Origin: Treponema sp.
GTDB lineage: Bacteria; Spirochaetota; Spirochaetia; Treponematales; Breznakiellaceae
DNA: 51,837 bases
Direction of reading: 5' to 3'
Assembly: GCA_031258005.1 (NCBI GenBank)
Contig: JAIRNP010000073.1
Coordinates: 1-51,837, forward strand
The notes under the pieces are model-generated. The model worked only from the letters and a program-made list of their open reading frames with translations. It made no database searches and was not told the DNA's origin. Shown piece by piece: positions 9,016 to 17,865 of the stretch. Numbering within the stretch: position 1 is the first letter of the stretch; each line of letters starts with the position of its first letter. A program made the position numbers and the translations under genes.

Positions 9016-9996
9016 TCAACCGGAAACCTTGCACTTACGGCGATACTCCAAAGGACTTTCGCCCCGGGCTAATTTAAAAGCCGCCGAAAATTTGCTGGCG
9101 TTTTCGTATCCCATCAACAGGGCTATGTCCGCTATCGGGCGGGAACTTTTTTCAAGATATTCCGCCGCCTTATCCATACGCTTATCCCGCAGATATGCGG
9201 AAATACTTTTTCCGTACACACCTTGAAAATAATTTTTCAATGAAGTGGAACCAACAGAGAATTTCCGGGCCAAATTGTCGATAGAATAATGTACGCTCAA
9301 ATCAGAGGTGATAATTTTCACCACCTGTTTCACAATGTTTATCTGGCCTGTAGTAAAAAAGGTCCGGTGTTCGTTTTCCGCGGGTTTTTCCATATGTATG
9401 AGCAGGAATAACAATTCCGCCGCTTGCAGGCGGAAATAATTTACCTCACAACCGGGTATTGGTTCGTTTATTTTCATAAAGATTGATTTTATCTTATCGC
9501 TTGATTTTGCAATAAAGCTCTGGTTGTCAGGGCAAAACCGTTTACGAATATACCCCATGTCAATACCGGCATCTTTGAACAGAGGAGGGGGAGCCTGTTT
9601 TATCGCCGAATCATGGACAAACAATTCAATCCCGCAAAAGCGATCATTGGGAAAAGTGAACTGTTCCTTCACCATGCGGGTGTCAATGCTCAAATCCCCC
9701 GGCTCCATGAACAGGTATTTTTCATCGGACATCTTTGCCTCACATCGGCCCTCAACGCAAAAATTAATCTTTAATCCTTCGGCTGTTTCTCCGCTATAGG
9801 ACGGGAAAGAATCGAGAAAAAAATCATTGAACCCGAGTATGATGCCGGGGAATAGGGCGTAAATCCGCATCGTTCCGAAACCGTTTTGGGGATCATAGCG
9901 GATTGTCATACGTTCCCTTGTCCGCTCCGTTATGCGGACTGAATGAAACGATTTTGCAATCTCTTCGTATGAAGAAAAGACTTCCGTTATGTTCAT
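9016..9996 (-). CDS. AraC-family regulator (YbtA-like size and layout), module A
   Basis: 326 aa with the C-terminal HTH pair DNLARKFSVGSTSLKNYF...IADIALLMGYENASKFSAAFK. The ATG overlaps the stop of the upstream ABC gene (ATGA). Its paralog is at 16744-17724. Confidence 0.85.
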   Translation of the reverse strand: MNITEVFSSYEEIAKSFHSVRITERTRERMTIRYDPQNGFGTMRIYALFPGIILGFNDFFLDSFPSYSGETAEGLKINFCVEGRCEAKMSDEKYLFMEPGDLSIDTRMVKEQFTFPNDRFCGIELFVHDSAIKQAPPPLFKDAGIDMGYIRKRFCPDNQSFIAKSSDKIKSIFMKINEPIPGCEVNYFRLQAAELLFLLIHMEKPAENEHRTFFTTGQINIVKQVVKIITSDLSVHYSIDNLARKFSVGSTSLKNYFQGVYGKSISAYLRDKRMDKAAEYLEKSSRPIADIALLMGYENASKFSAAFKLARGESPLEYRRKCKVSG

Positions 9997-11735
9997 TTGG
10001 CATCGCCTGCTTGCAGTATACCCTGCTGGAGGGCATACATTTTCTTATACAGCTTGTTCCCGGCTAAAAGTTCCTCATGGGTTCCTTCCCCGGTAATCCG
10101 GCCTTTGTCCAGTACAATGATCTTGTCCGCCCCCGCTATGGTACGCAGACGGTGGGCGATGACCAATACGGTCTTGTTTTCAATAAGCCGCGAAAGGGCC
10201 TCCTGTATCATTGTTTCGTTTTCCGGGTCCAGAGAGGCCGTTGCTTCGTCAAGCAGGATAACCGGAGCGTCTTTCAAAAGCGCCCGGGCAATGGAAATCC
10301 GCTGGCGTTCACCTCCCGAAAGGGTAAGGCCGTTTTCGCCGAGCAGGGTATGGTACTTGTCTGGAAGCTCCGACACAAATTCGTCGCAATGGGCCGCTTT
10401 CGCGGCGGCCATAATCTCCCCTTCGGTGGCGTTCAGGTTCCCGATACGGATATTGTTGTAAACCGTGTCGTTGAACAGAATCACATCCTGAAACACAAAG
10501 GCCATAAAACCCATAAGGTGTTCGGGCTCAAGGGTTTTTATATCAACGCCGCCAATCCTGATACTGCCACTCCGGACATCCCAAAAACGGGCAATGAGCC
10601 TGGTCATGGTACTTTTCCCGCTGCCCGAAGGTCCCACCAGGGCGGTAATGGATTTTTCCGGTATGGTTACGGTAATATCCCTCAGCACCTCTTCATCGTT
10701 ATAGCGGAACCCCACATGATCAAACTCGATAGTGTAGCTGGTAACAGGCGTCTCCGTACTGCCCCCCATAACCGGAATGTCCGCCAACTGCCGCATACGC
10801 CCGGTCGCCTGCCGGAGATAGAACAGTTCAGGCAGCAGGGTCAGCACGGTAAGAATGGGGCCGTACATACGTACCACAATAAGGAGGGACAGGATCAGGG
10901 GCATGAGTTCTATCCTGCCGCCGCTTAAAAGCGCCGTCCCGGTAAAAATGGTGATCCCCACCCCGGCCTGCAAAATAAACTGAGCGCCGCTTACCAGTAC
11001 GCCCATTCCCAATTCCATGTTCAGGGAAAGCCGCTTCAATTCCCGCAATGCCCGGTTCAGCGCCTCAAAACGTTCCCCGTCAAGATTACAGGACTTGATA
11101 ATCTTGATACCCTCAAGATACTCCTGGGTCTGTTCCGCCGCCTGTAGTTTTGCTTCTAGTTGCTCCCTGTTGAGCCGTTCCTGCCGCCTCCGGCTTATCA
11201 CGATGATAAAAAACGAAGCCGGAAGGGTGCAAAAAACAGCAAGGGCGATCCGCCAGTCGAAGAAAGACAGCAGCAAACAAATGACGGTACAGGAAATAAC
11301 GTTTGCCCCAAGCTGGGGTACTATATGGCTCAGGACATGTTCCAGGCTTTCGCAGTCCTTCATAATGTTGCCGGTTAATTCCGTCAAGCCTTTGGAATTG
11401 AATACCCACATGGGCAGTTTTCTGATAGTCTCCGCGACCTGGAGCCGCGATTCCTCCGCAGTGATGTAGGAGGTAACGTAGGTCTTTTTGTAATCGTTTT
11501 TGCCGCACAAAAAAACGATAACTCCGGCGGCAAGGCCAAGCCCCAGGAACAGCCATAGCTTATGTATGGATAGCGTACCACCGGTCAGGGGTTTCAGGAT
11601 TTCCATGACAAGCTGCATGGTAACCACCACCGGCAGTATCAGGGAAAAATTCGTAATGGTACAGGCGGCAACCGCCTTCTTGAGGTCCCCATAGGCTTTA
11701 CCGGAAATGCCGATCATCCCTTGTAACTTAGGCAT
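9993..11735 (-). CDS. ABC transporter, fused permease/ATPase (exporter fold), module A subunit 2
   Basis: Walker A GPSGSGKST, signature LSGGERQR, Walker B ILLDEATA and an N-terminal 6-TM region are present. The start was trimmed to the ATG at 11735 (MPKLQG), which overlaps the upstream stop by 8 nt. Confidence 0.85.
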   Translation of the reverse strand: MPKLQGMIGISGKAYGDLKKAVAACTITNFSLILPVVVTMQLVMEILKPLTGGTLSIHKLWLFLGLGLAAGVIVFLCGKNDYKKTYVTSYITAEESRLQVAETIRKLPMWVFNSKGLTELTGNIMKDCESLEHVLSHIVPQLGANVISCTVICLLLSFFDWRIALAVFCTLPASFFIIVISRRRQERLNREQLEAKLQAAEQTQEYLEGIKIIKSCNLDGERFEALNRALRELKRLSLNMELGMGVLVSGAQFILQAGVGITIFTGTALLSGGRIELMPLILSLLIVVRMYGPILTVLTLLPELFYLRQATGRMRQLADIPVMGGSTETPVTSYTIEFDHVGFRYNDEEVLRDITVTIPEKSITALVGPSGSGKSTMTRLIARFWDVRSGSIRIGGVDIKTLEPEHLMGFMAFVFQDVILFNDTVYNNIRIGNLNATEGEIMAAAKAAHCDEFVSELPDKYHTLLGENGLTLSGGERQRISIARALLKDAPVILLDEATASLDPENETMIQEALSRLIENKTVLVIAHRLRTIAGADKIIVLDKGRITGEGTHEELLAGNKLYKKMYALQQGILQAGDAK

Positions 11736-13545
11736 GTGAAACCTCCCCTTTCCCCAAACCCCACGTGAGGGAGACCGAATAGGTATTCCACATCCCGTAG
11801 TAACGGCCCTTCCGGTCCAGTAATTCCCGGTGCGTCCCTTCCTCAACAAGCCGCCCCTTGTCCATGACCAGTATCTTTTGCGCCTCCGTTACCGTAGAAA
11901 GCCGGTGGGCTATCATGATAACGGTCCTGTTTTTCATAAGTTCCCCCAGGGCCTGCCGGATGAGCCATTCGTTCTCCGGGTCCGAAAAAGCCGTGGCCTC
12001 ATCCAAAACAAGGATCGGCGCGTTTTTTACCAATGCCCGCGCAATGGCTATACGCTGCATTTCACCCCCTGAAAGATGAACTCCCTTCCCGCCGAATACG
12101 GTCTGATACCCCTCCGGCAGAGATTCGATAAAATCATGACACCGGGCCGCTTTTGCGGCGGCGATAACATCATCATCCGCTGCCGCCGGTCTCCCCATAC
12201 GGATATTTTCCATGATGCTCTGTTTGAATATCCAGGTATCCTGGAATACAAAACTTACCGTATCCATCAGACCTGAAATCTTCATATTCCGTATATCCAC
12301 GCCGCCGATTTTGACGGCCCCCTTTTGCGCATCGTAGAACCGGGGAATCAGGTGGGCGATGGTACTCTTGCCGCCCCCGGAAGGACCGACAATCGCGGTG
12401 GTTTCCCCCTGCTTCGCGGTAAAAGAAACCCCGTCCAAGGCCGCGTCTTCCGCCTTCCCTAGGTACGAAAAGGACACGTTTTCAAAACTCACATCATATC
12501 CCCCGGCTGTTTCGGGGTTCTCCGTAACCGGAAGTACCTTTTGTTGTAATATGTCATCCATCCGTTCCACATTACCGGCAACCCGCATGGAAACAATGGA
12601 GGTATAGAGGGCCTTCATCAGTATTGACGCGATGGCCGGAACAAACACGAGGTAAAACAGAAAGTCTGCGGCAAAGGCGGCGTAATTCGTGGTGCGGGTG
12701 GCGATAAAAATAGCCACGGGAACCAGGAAAAGATAGATGTTATTGGTAACGGTGATATATCCCGACATGCCGTTTTCCGAATTCAGGGTGAAAGGAATAA
12801 CGACCTTGGTATAATCGGTAATGGCATCATGGAGCCGCTTAAAAGAGTACACGGTTTGGTGAAAAGCCTTGACTACCGCGATGCCCCGTATATATTCCAC
12901 CGTTGCGACGGACATTGCCTCCTGGGTTCGCTGATACTCCTTCAAGCGAATTTTCTGCTGATCCCCACCGGTAATGAGGGCTTGAATGACAAAAGCAATG
13001 ATTATTCCGGTCAGAGTGGCAAGTCCGTAACGCCAGTCAACGGCGAACAGTATAACGATCATAAAGACCGGCGCGGAAAAAGCGGCGATCATGTTGGGCA
13101 GTTGATGGGCGATAAAACCCTCGACACTTTCAATGTTTTCATCCATGATTTTCCGCAGCGCCCCGCTTCCCGTCACTATATGAAAGCCCAGAGGCAGGCG
13201 GGTTATATGGGCAATAAAATTTATCTTTAGTTCATACAGTGTCCTATAAGCCGCGATATGCGAAAGGGCAAGGGCGGAGAAATAAAATACCACATTGCAG
13301 AACACCCCAAGAATTGCCAGCAAGCCGTAGTTCATCACCTGCGCTGCGTCCAAAGCGGCAAAATTCGGAAATACCCCGATAAGCTCCCGAATAAGAAAAT
13401 AGACGGCAAGGTAGGGAATAAATGACGCTGCCGAAGCGAGAACCGCGAGAACGCCGGACGAAACAACAAGCCCTTTATGAGTTCCCGCGAGTTCAAACAA
13501 CCGCGCCATACCCTTTTTGGATGCCCCCTCTTTGTTTTTTGGCAT
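11728..13545 (-). CDS. ABC transporter, fused permease/ATPase (exporter fold), module A subunit 1
   Basis: Walker A GPSGGGKST, signature LSGGEMQR and Walker B LVLDEATA are present. The track start at 13554 is TTG. The ATG at 13545 (MPKNKEG) has a GGAG 10 nt upstream. Confidence 0.85.
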   Translation of the reverse strand: MPKNKEGASKKGMARLFELAGTHKGLVVSSGVLAVLASAASFIPYLAVYFLIRELIGVFPNFAALDAAQVMNYGLLAILGVFCNVVFYFSALALSHIAAYRTLYELKINFIAHITRLPLGFHIVTGSGALRKIMDENIESVEGFIAHQLPNMIAAFSAPVFMIVILFAVDWRYGLATLTGIIIAFVIQALITGGDQQKIRLKEYQRTQEAMSVATVEYIRGIAVVKAFHQTVYSFKRLHDAITDYTKVVIPFTLNSENGMSGYITVTNNIYLFLVPVAIFIATRTTNYAAFAADFLFYLVFVPAIASILMKALYTSIVSMRVAGNVERMDDILQQKVLPVTENPETAGGYDVSFENVSFSYLGKAEDAALDGVSFTAKQGETTAIVGPSGGGKSTIAHLIPRFYDAQKGAVKIGGVDIRNMKISGLMDTVSFVFQDTWIFKQSIMENIRMGRPAAADDDVIAAAKAARCHDFIESLPEGYQTVFGGKGVHLSGGEMQRIAIARALVKNAPILVLDEATAFSDPENEWLIRQALGELMKNRTVIMIAHRLSTVTEAQKILVMDKGRLVEEGTHRELLDRKGRYYGMWNTYSVSLTWGLGKGEVSHA

Positions 13546-13573
13546 ATTGAACAAACTCCATCTATCTATATTA

Positions 13574-13589
13574 GTTATATTTATCTAAC
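13574..13589. promoter_or_regulatory. GTTAG-N6-CTAAC palindrome, site 3 (one mismatch)
   Basis: GTTAT ATTTAT CTAAC, extendable to TAGTTA/TAACTA. It lies 29 nt upstream of the ABC start. Confidence 0.4.
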
Positions 13590-13624
13590 TACCATATAAT
13601 TCCCATTTTTCCCTATCCCTGTCT

Positions 13625-13649
13625 ACTCCAAATAGTCAAAAATACTCCC
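13625..13649 (-). promoter_or_regulatory. Direct repeat GGGAGT-N13-TGGAGT (minus-strand reading), candidate AraC site, copy a
   Basis: The plus strand reads ACTCCA at 13625 and ACTCCC at 13644. The 19-bp period and context CTACTCCAAATAGTCAAAAATACTCC are shared with copies b and c. Confidence 0.4.
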
Positions 13650-13770
13650 CATGTCATCGAGTTTATAAGAACCATAAAAATTATGAACAAAAAGGGGGAA
13701 GGCTTTTCACCCTTTTGATGGTACCTTGCGCCCAGCCTATCAGCCATTTGCTCTTTTTAGTTTCCCTTTG

Positions 13771-14694
13771 TTATTCCCTTTTGCGGAACTCACGTGGCAT
13801 AAGGCCAAATTGTTCACGAAACAAGGTGGAAAATCTGGAATAGTATTTGTATCCAACTATCCCGGCGATTTCTCCAAGCGGGATGGATGTGGTTTTTAAG
13901 AGTTCCATTGCTTTCTCCATGCGGAAACGGCGGACATACGAGGCGGCGGGAAGGCCGGTGTGGGCCTTGAAGGCGGCGGTAAATTTGCTCATGCCCATAG
14001 CGGCCTGCTTTGCCAACCTGTCCAGTGTAAGCGTCCCGGAGGAATGCTCCTCAATATAGCGTATCGCTTCAAGGATTCCCAACCGGTCATCTTCTTTGAG
14101 GGGAGGATCCGCCGTTGCCGCAAGCCGCCTGTGCCACTTCAGGATGACCGAAACCAGTTCAACCGTTTTTGCCTCAAACCAGACATTGCCAATATCCCCG
14201 GCAAACGAAGCCTTACTGATTTGTTTCAGTATGACGGCGGCATCGGGGATCAACGGAAATCTGCCCAGGGCATCAATAGCCTGTGCCAATTCGTCCAACG
14301 CAACACCGTAACGCGAACTAAAAAAGGTGTCAAAAAAGCCGGGCTGAAACGAGACCCCCGCCGAGTAATGCGAAAATCCTGCCGGAATATGACGGCTGTA
14401 ATCATGGTCTCGGTTAATATGCGACCCCCCAATACCCCGCAGAGTTCCCTGACAAAGATTGATATGAAAATATTCAGGCAGATTTCTTGGAATATGATCA
14501 ATTGACCGCAGGAAGGTGAAGTTTGTCGTGCTTACCAAAAGGCTTTTTCCTGCCGCTTTCAACAGACCGGTCCCTTTCCCATAGGACTGCTTGGGTATTA
14601 GTTCCAGATGACCATCTCCGGAGGCTTTCACCCTTTTCAAAAAGTTATATTTGGAAATACCTTGTGAAAAAAACACATCTATGATCGAGTCCAT
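13771..14694 (-). CDS. AraC/XylS-family regulator, paralog of 4548-5468
   Basis: 307 aa and collinear with the paralog throughout, for example GDGHLELIP and the C-terminal MPREFRKRE versus MPSSFRKRE. Confidence 0.85.
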   Translation of the reverse strand: MDSIIDVFFSQGISKYNFLKRVKASGDGHLELIPKQSYGKGTGLLKAAGKSLLVSTTNFTFLRSIDHIPRNLPEYFHINLCQGTLRGIGGSHINRDHDYSRHIPAGFSHYSAGVSFQPGFFDTFFSSRYGVALDELAQAIDALGRFPLIPDAAVILKQISKASFAGDIGNVWFEAKTVELVSVILKWHRRLAATADPPLKEDDRLGILEAIRYIEEHSSGTLTLDRLAKQAAMGMSKFTAAFKAHTGLPAASYVRRFRMEKAMELLKTTSIPLGEIAGIVGYKYYSRFSTLFREQFGLMPREFRKRE

Positions 14695-14810
14695 GCTCCC
14701 TCCTTAGCGTCGGCGGTGTTTAGTATCATAAATTGCCAAAAATTCTTCTAAATCTGCCGAAATTTCCTTAAAAAGCTTGTATGTTCCGGCCTTTACCATT
14801 TAATTTAAGT

Positions 14811-14826
14811 GTTAGGATAGACTAAT
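14811..14826. promoter_or_regulatory. GTTAG-N6-CTAAC palindrome, site 4 (one mismatch)
   Basis: GTTAG GATAGA CTAAT. It sits in the same relative position as site 1 within the duplicated AraC upstream region. Confidence 0.3.
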
Positions 14827-14886
14827 AGCTATATTCTGTCAATAACATCGTAGAGGCACAAACACACGGATTAGGGGGACGGAGGA

Positions 14887-15165
14887 TATGCAGCCAAACA
14901 GCGCTCTGTTTCAGGACAGCAGCGGCAAAACCATTGAGTATTGGATATGCGGCTCACGCGGCGGATATCCCCTTTTGTTTATGCACGGCGCAACACCGGT
15001 GCCTTTTTAAGCCGGGCTTGCCGCCGCGATTGAGCGGCATAACCTGTGCGTTTATACCGTTTCGCGCCCCGGCTTTTGTGTCCGCCTGATGGGGTAAGGT
15101 CCAGTTGCCCGCTTATGTGGCGGGCATACATAAAATTGACGGCGGGAAAGACCGCAAAGGAGACA
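14887..15165 (+). pseudogene. Alpha/beta-hydrolase remnant (frameshifted N-terminal fragment)
   Basis: The ATG at 14887 gives MQPNSALFQDSSGKTIEYWICGSRGGYPLLFMHGATPVPF(stop). Shifted frames continue as KPGLAAAIERHNLCVYTVSRPGFC.. and ..VQLPAYVAGIHKIDGG, matching the usual HG...RPGFG...layout. Confidence 0.45.
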
Positions 15166-15168
15166 ACC

Positions 15169-15828
15169 ATGAAAAAGAGACATGATTCTTTACTTCATGG
15201 AGTTTGCGTAGCAAACTCCGAAGCTAAAAGCCGCAGGCTTTTAGCCGGTTTCGTCGTTTTGTTGATAACGGCGATTTTCACAGTGGCAGGATGCGACAAC
15301 GGCGGTGGTAGCGATGACCCTGAACTGGCAGAATGGAACGGGACGTGGAATAGTTATTATGATTATTTCGACGAACCGGAACTTGTGGCAATTTTAGAGG
15401 ACCAGTACGATGCTTCTGATGCTTATAAAACAATGTTCGCGACATTTGATCCATTTCTGGCGTTTGTCAAAAATCTAGCTCTGACTGACTTCGACTCATT
15501 TGTTGTACAAGGTGATACAATAACCTTTTATAAGCGAATGAAAACAATTGACACGGTAACCTATACCTATAAAGGCGTTCGACAAGTTGTATGGGGACAA
15601 GAAACAGCGGATTTTTATGCGTTTGAGGGCGACAAAGCCGGCGATCATAAATATTTGATTTTCGAGGAAGCTGATCGTGATACCGCGGACGGGCCGTTAC
15701 ACTTTCATATGAGGTATGGCAGTGAAAGTATTGATAGTTTAGTGAGCGGTGCTGGCATGTGGGCTCCAACCATTGTCAGTTACGATACTACGATTGCCGA
15801 ATTGAAGGTTTTTATGTCCGGCGATTGA
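15169..15828 (+). CDS. ZinT/YodA-family (metal-binding lipocalin) lipoprotein
   Basis: The start was trimmed to the ATG at 15169, after AAAGGAGA. The lipobox is FTVAGC. The protein is collinear with E. coli ZinT as I recall it: LAEWNGTWNSYY versus LSDWDGVWQSVY, YLIFEEADRDTADGPLHFHMRYGSES versus [25 protein letters not shown], and WAPTIV versus WPTYYP. Confidence 0.75.
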   Translation: MKKRHDSLLHGVCVANSEAKSRRLLAGFVVLLITAIFTVAGCDNGGGSDDPELAEWNGTWNSYYDYFDEPELVAILEDQYDASDAYKTMFATFDPFLAFVKNLALTDFDSFVVQGDTITFYKRMKTIDTVTYTYKGVRQVVWGQETADFYAFEGDKAGDHKYLIFEEADRDTADGPLHFHMRYGSESIDSLVSGAGMWAPTIVSYDTTIAELKVFMSGD

Positions 15829-16042
15829 AAGGGGTAACGCAAGGTGCCAGGCATCCTCATGCTGGAAACCGACCAAATCCTGACCAACCGGACGGAGGAA
15901 GCCGAAATCATAGTAACCCTTGCCCAAAACGGCGGCTTGCAGATAAAGTGCCGGATATAAAATTCCCCCTTATTGTGATATGTCAACGGGAGTCGCTTTG
16001 AAACTGATGTCTCGAATAATTTCATTGAAGAAGAAAACAATA

Positions 16043-16076
16043 GACTTGTTCAATAACTTCAGTTATTGAACAAGTC
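16043..16076. repeat. Palindromic element GACTTGTTCAATAAC-TTCA-GTTATTGAACAAGTC (copy A)
   Basis: A perfect 15-bp stem read directly. It lies between the convergent ZinT-like and lipoprotein genes and may act as a bidirectional terminator. Confidence 0.7.
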
Positions 16077-16170
16077 CAATAAACATGAAACCATCACGTA
16101 CCGCCCCTGTACGCACGGTGGGATAGCAGGAGGCTGCCCGATTAATAGGCCACCTCCTGCCATTGCATTT

Positions 16171-16650
16171 TTACTCTAGATCATTCTCCATCGAAGCGAA
16201 TTTATCAAGAGAAAGCGTTGTAACCGTGCCGCTAAAATTGACCTTGGTAACATTGCTATAATTCTCGCCGACTGTTTCCTCGCCATTCGTATAAAGGTAG
16301 ATTAGGCCGCCCTCAGTAGTATCTATGGCATTAACATAATAAGATCCCGTACCGGTCCAAGCGGGGCCGGTCTGTGGATTACCTACTTTTAGTTCGATGG
16401 TTGCTACACCATTACTGGAACGTCCGAAACCGCTTATTTCATTTTCCGGTTCCCCCTCCTCAGGCATTTCGCTAAACATTCCTACCATAAAACCACCGGT
16501 TCCAGCCGTACCCACGTTGGTAATTTTTAGGACCTTGGGGTCAGGGTCAGTATTCTCACTGCTCCCGTTATCACAAGCCGATACTAATAACACCAGGACA
16601 AAGGTAATTAAACCTAATACCTTCCACATCGAAAATTTGTTCTTTATCAT
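16171..16650 (-). CDS. Small lipoprotein, function unknown (module B)
   Basis: The lipobox is LVLLVSAC. 159 aa. It occupies the same position after the AraC gene as 8537-8926 in module A. Confidence 0.65.
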   Translation of the reverse strand: MIKNKFSMWKVLGLITFVLVLLVSACDNGSSENTDPDPKVLKITNVGTAGTGGFMVGMFSEMPEEGEPENEISGFGRSSNGVATIELKVGNPQTGPAWTGTGSYYVNAIDTTEGGLIYLYTNGEETVGENYSNVTKVNFSGTVTTLSLDKFASMENDLE

Positions 16651-16679
16651 AAAAAGAACCTCCTAAAATATATTTTAGT

Positions 16680-16694
16680 TATAAATTCTAACTA
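16680..16694. promoter_or_regulatory. GTTAG-N5-CTAAC palindrome, site 5
   Basis: GTTAT AAATT CTAAC, extendable to TAGTTA/TAACTA. It lies 30 nt upstream of the lipoprotein start. The spacer is one nt shorter. Confidence 0.35.
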
Positions 16695-16743
16695 ATTTCA
16701 CAATATGATCCTGACAGTTTTTCTCCATCTCAAAAATCAATCG

Positions 16744-17724
16744 TCAGGAATAGCTTCTATATCTGCGCCGGTATTCCAGAGGGCTTTCCCCTTTGACCGC
16801 CTTAAAAACAGCCGCAAATTTACTGGCGTTCTCATATCCCATCATAAGCGCAATATCCGTAATCTGGTGATTGCTTTTTTCCAAATATTCTGCCGCTTTA
16901 TTCATACGCTTGTTTTTGAGAAACGATGGTATACTTTCACCAAATACCCCATAAAAATACTTGTTAAGCGATGAAGGGATTATACTGAATTTTTCAGATA
17001 GCTTTTCAACTGAATAATGTTTGCCTAAATCTGTAGTAATAATTTTCATAACCTGCTTTGCTATTTTTATCTGCCCCAGGGTAAAAAAATTCCGCCGTTC
17101 CTTTTCATCAGGCGTTTCAGTATGCATAAGCAGAAATAGCAGCTCCGTCACTTTCAACCTGAAATAATCGGTTTCACATTCGGGTGGGGTATTACCCATA
17201 GATAAAAAAACAGACTGGATTTTTTCTCCTACCCTGGCAACAAGGCTTCCGGATGCCGGACAATATTTTTTACAAATGCGCGTCAAATCTATGCCAAAAA
17301 TCTCAAACAAGAGTGGCTTAGGCTGTTTCAGTGCCGAATCGTAGATGTGCAATTCAACGCCATGATACCGTTCATAGGGTAAAGAAAAATCGCCGGATGC
17401 CGTAAGATTGCTGAAACTCATGTCGCCCGTTTCAAGGAATAGATACATACCATCAGACAACTTTACCTCACATCGGCCGTCGACACAGAAGTTTATTTTA
17501 AATCCTTGTATAATTTCCCCCTTGAAATGCGGAAAAGAACTGGTTTCAACATCATTGAAACCAAGAAAGATTCCAGGAAACAGAGCGTACATACGCACCG
17601 TCCCGATGCCTGTATTATCCGTGAATCGAAGGATGAGCTTGTCAGTTTTTTTGTCTATGATGTGAACATTATCCAGGGTTCTTGTATGCTTTTCCAAAGC
17701 GGCAAATTGTTCATTCCCATTCAT
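16744..17724 (-). CDS. AraC-family regulator (YbtA-like), module B
   Basis: 326 aa and collinear with 9016-9996, for example MYALFPGIFLGFNDV versus IYALFPGIILGFNDF and the C-terminal GESPLEYRR. Confidence 0.85.
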   Translation of the reverse strand: MNGNEQFAALEKHTRTLDNVHIIDKKTDKLILRFTDNTGIGTVRMYALFPGIFLGFNDVETSSFPHFKGEIIQGFKINFCVDGRCEVKLSDGMYLFLETGDMSFSNLTASGDFSLPYERYHGVELHIYDSALKQPKPLLFEIFGIDLTRICKKYCPASGSLVARVGEKIQSVFLSMGNTPPECETDYFRLKVTELLFLLMHTETPDEKERRNFFTLGQIKIAKQVMKIITTDLGKHYSVEKLSEKFSIIPSSLNKYFYGVFGESIPSFLKNKRMNKAAEYLEKSNHQITDIALMMGYENASKFAAVFKAVKGESPLEYRRRYRSYS

Positions 17725-17768
17725 ATTGACTATTCACCTCTTTATTCTTAAACGATTTACCGGTATTA

Positions 17769-17784
17769 ATTAGGCTTTACTAAC
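17769..17784. promoter_or_regulatory. GTTAG-N6-CTAAC palindrome, site 6 (one mismatch)
   Basis: ATTAG GCTTTA CTAAC. It lies 45 nt upstream of the AraC start. Confidence 0.3.
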
Positions 17785-17819
17785 AATTAAATTATCCCAT
17801 AACTCAATCCGGTTTGCCT

Positions 17820-17844
17820 ACTCCAATTCCCTAAAAATGCTCTA
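17820..17844 (-). promoter_or_regulatory. Direct repeat TAGAGC-N13-TGGAGT (minus-strand reading), copy b
   Basis: The plus strand reads ACTCCA at 17820 and GCTCTA at 17839, a 19-bp period, in the context CTACTCCAATTCCCTAAAAATGCTC. Confidence 0.35.
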
Positions 17845-17865
17845 TTTTACATCGAATTTAAATAT

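Noticed and set aside
10077-10928. Long antisense ORFs opposite well-supported genes, for example 10077-10928 (+), 27897-29081 (+), 32371-33270 (+), 30143-30913 (+), 39378-40169 (+), 13960-14505 (+), 5300-5770 (-) and 43765-44268 (+).
   Set aside because: They are shadow ORFs of strongly supported genes on the other strand. Their compositions are Arg/Pro/Gly-rich with no recognisable motifs.
15829-16042. Short ORFs after the ZinT-like gene: track ORF 15759-16001 and a 33-aa frame, MLETDQILTNRTEEAEIIVTLAQNGGLQIKCRI.
   Set aside because: They have no RBS, no recognisable motif and no conservation evidence available. This is likely non-coding 3' sequence or a tiny gene fragment.
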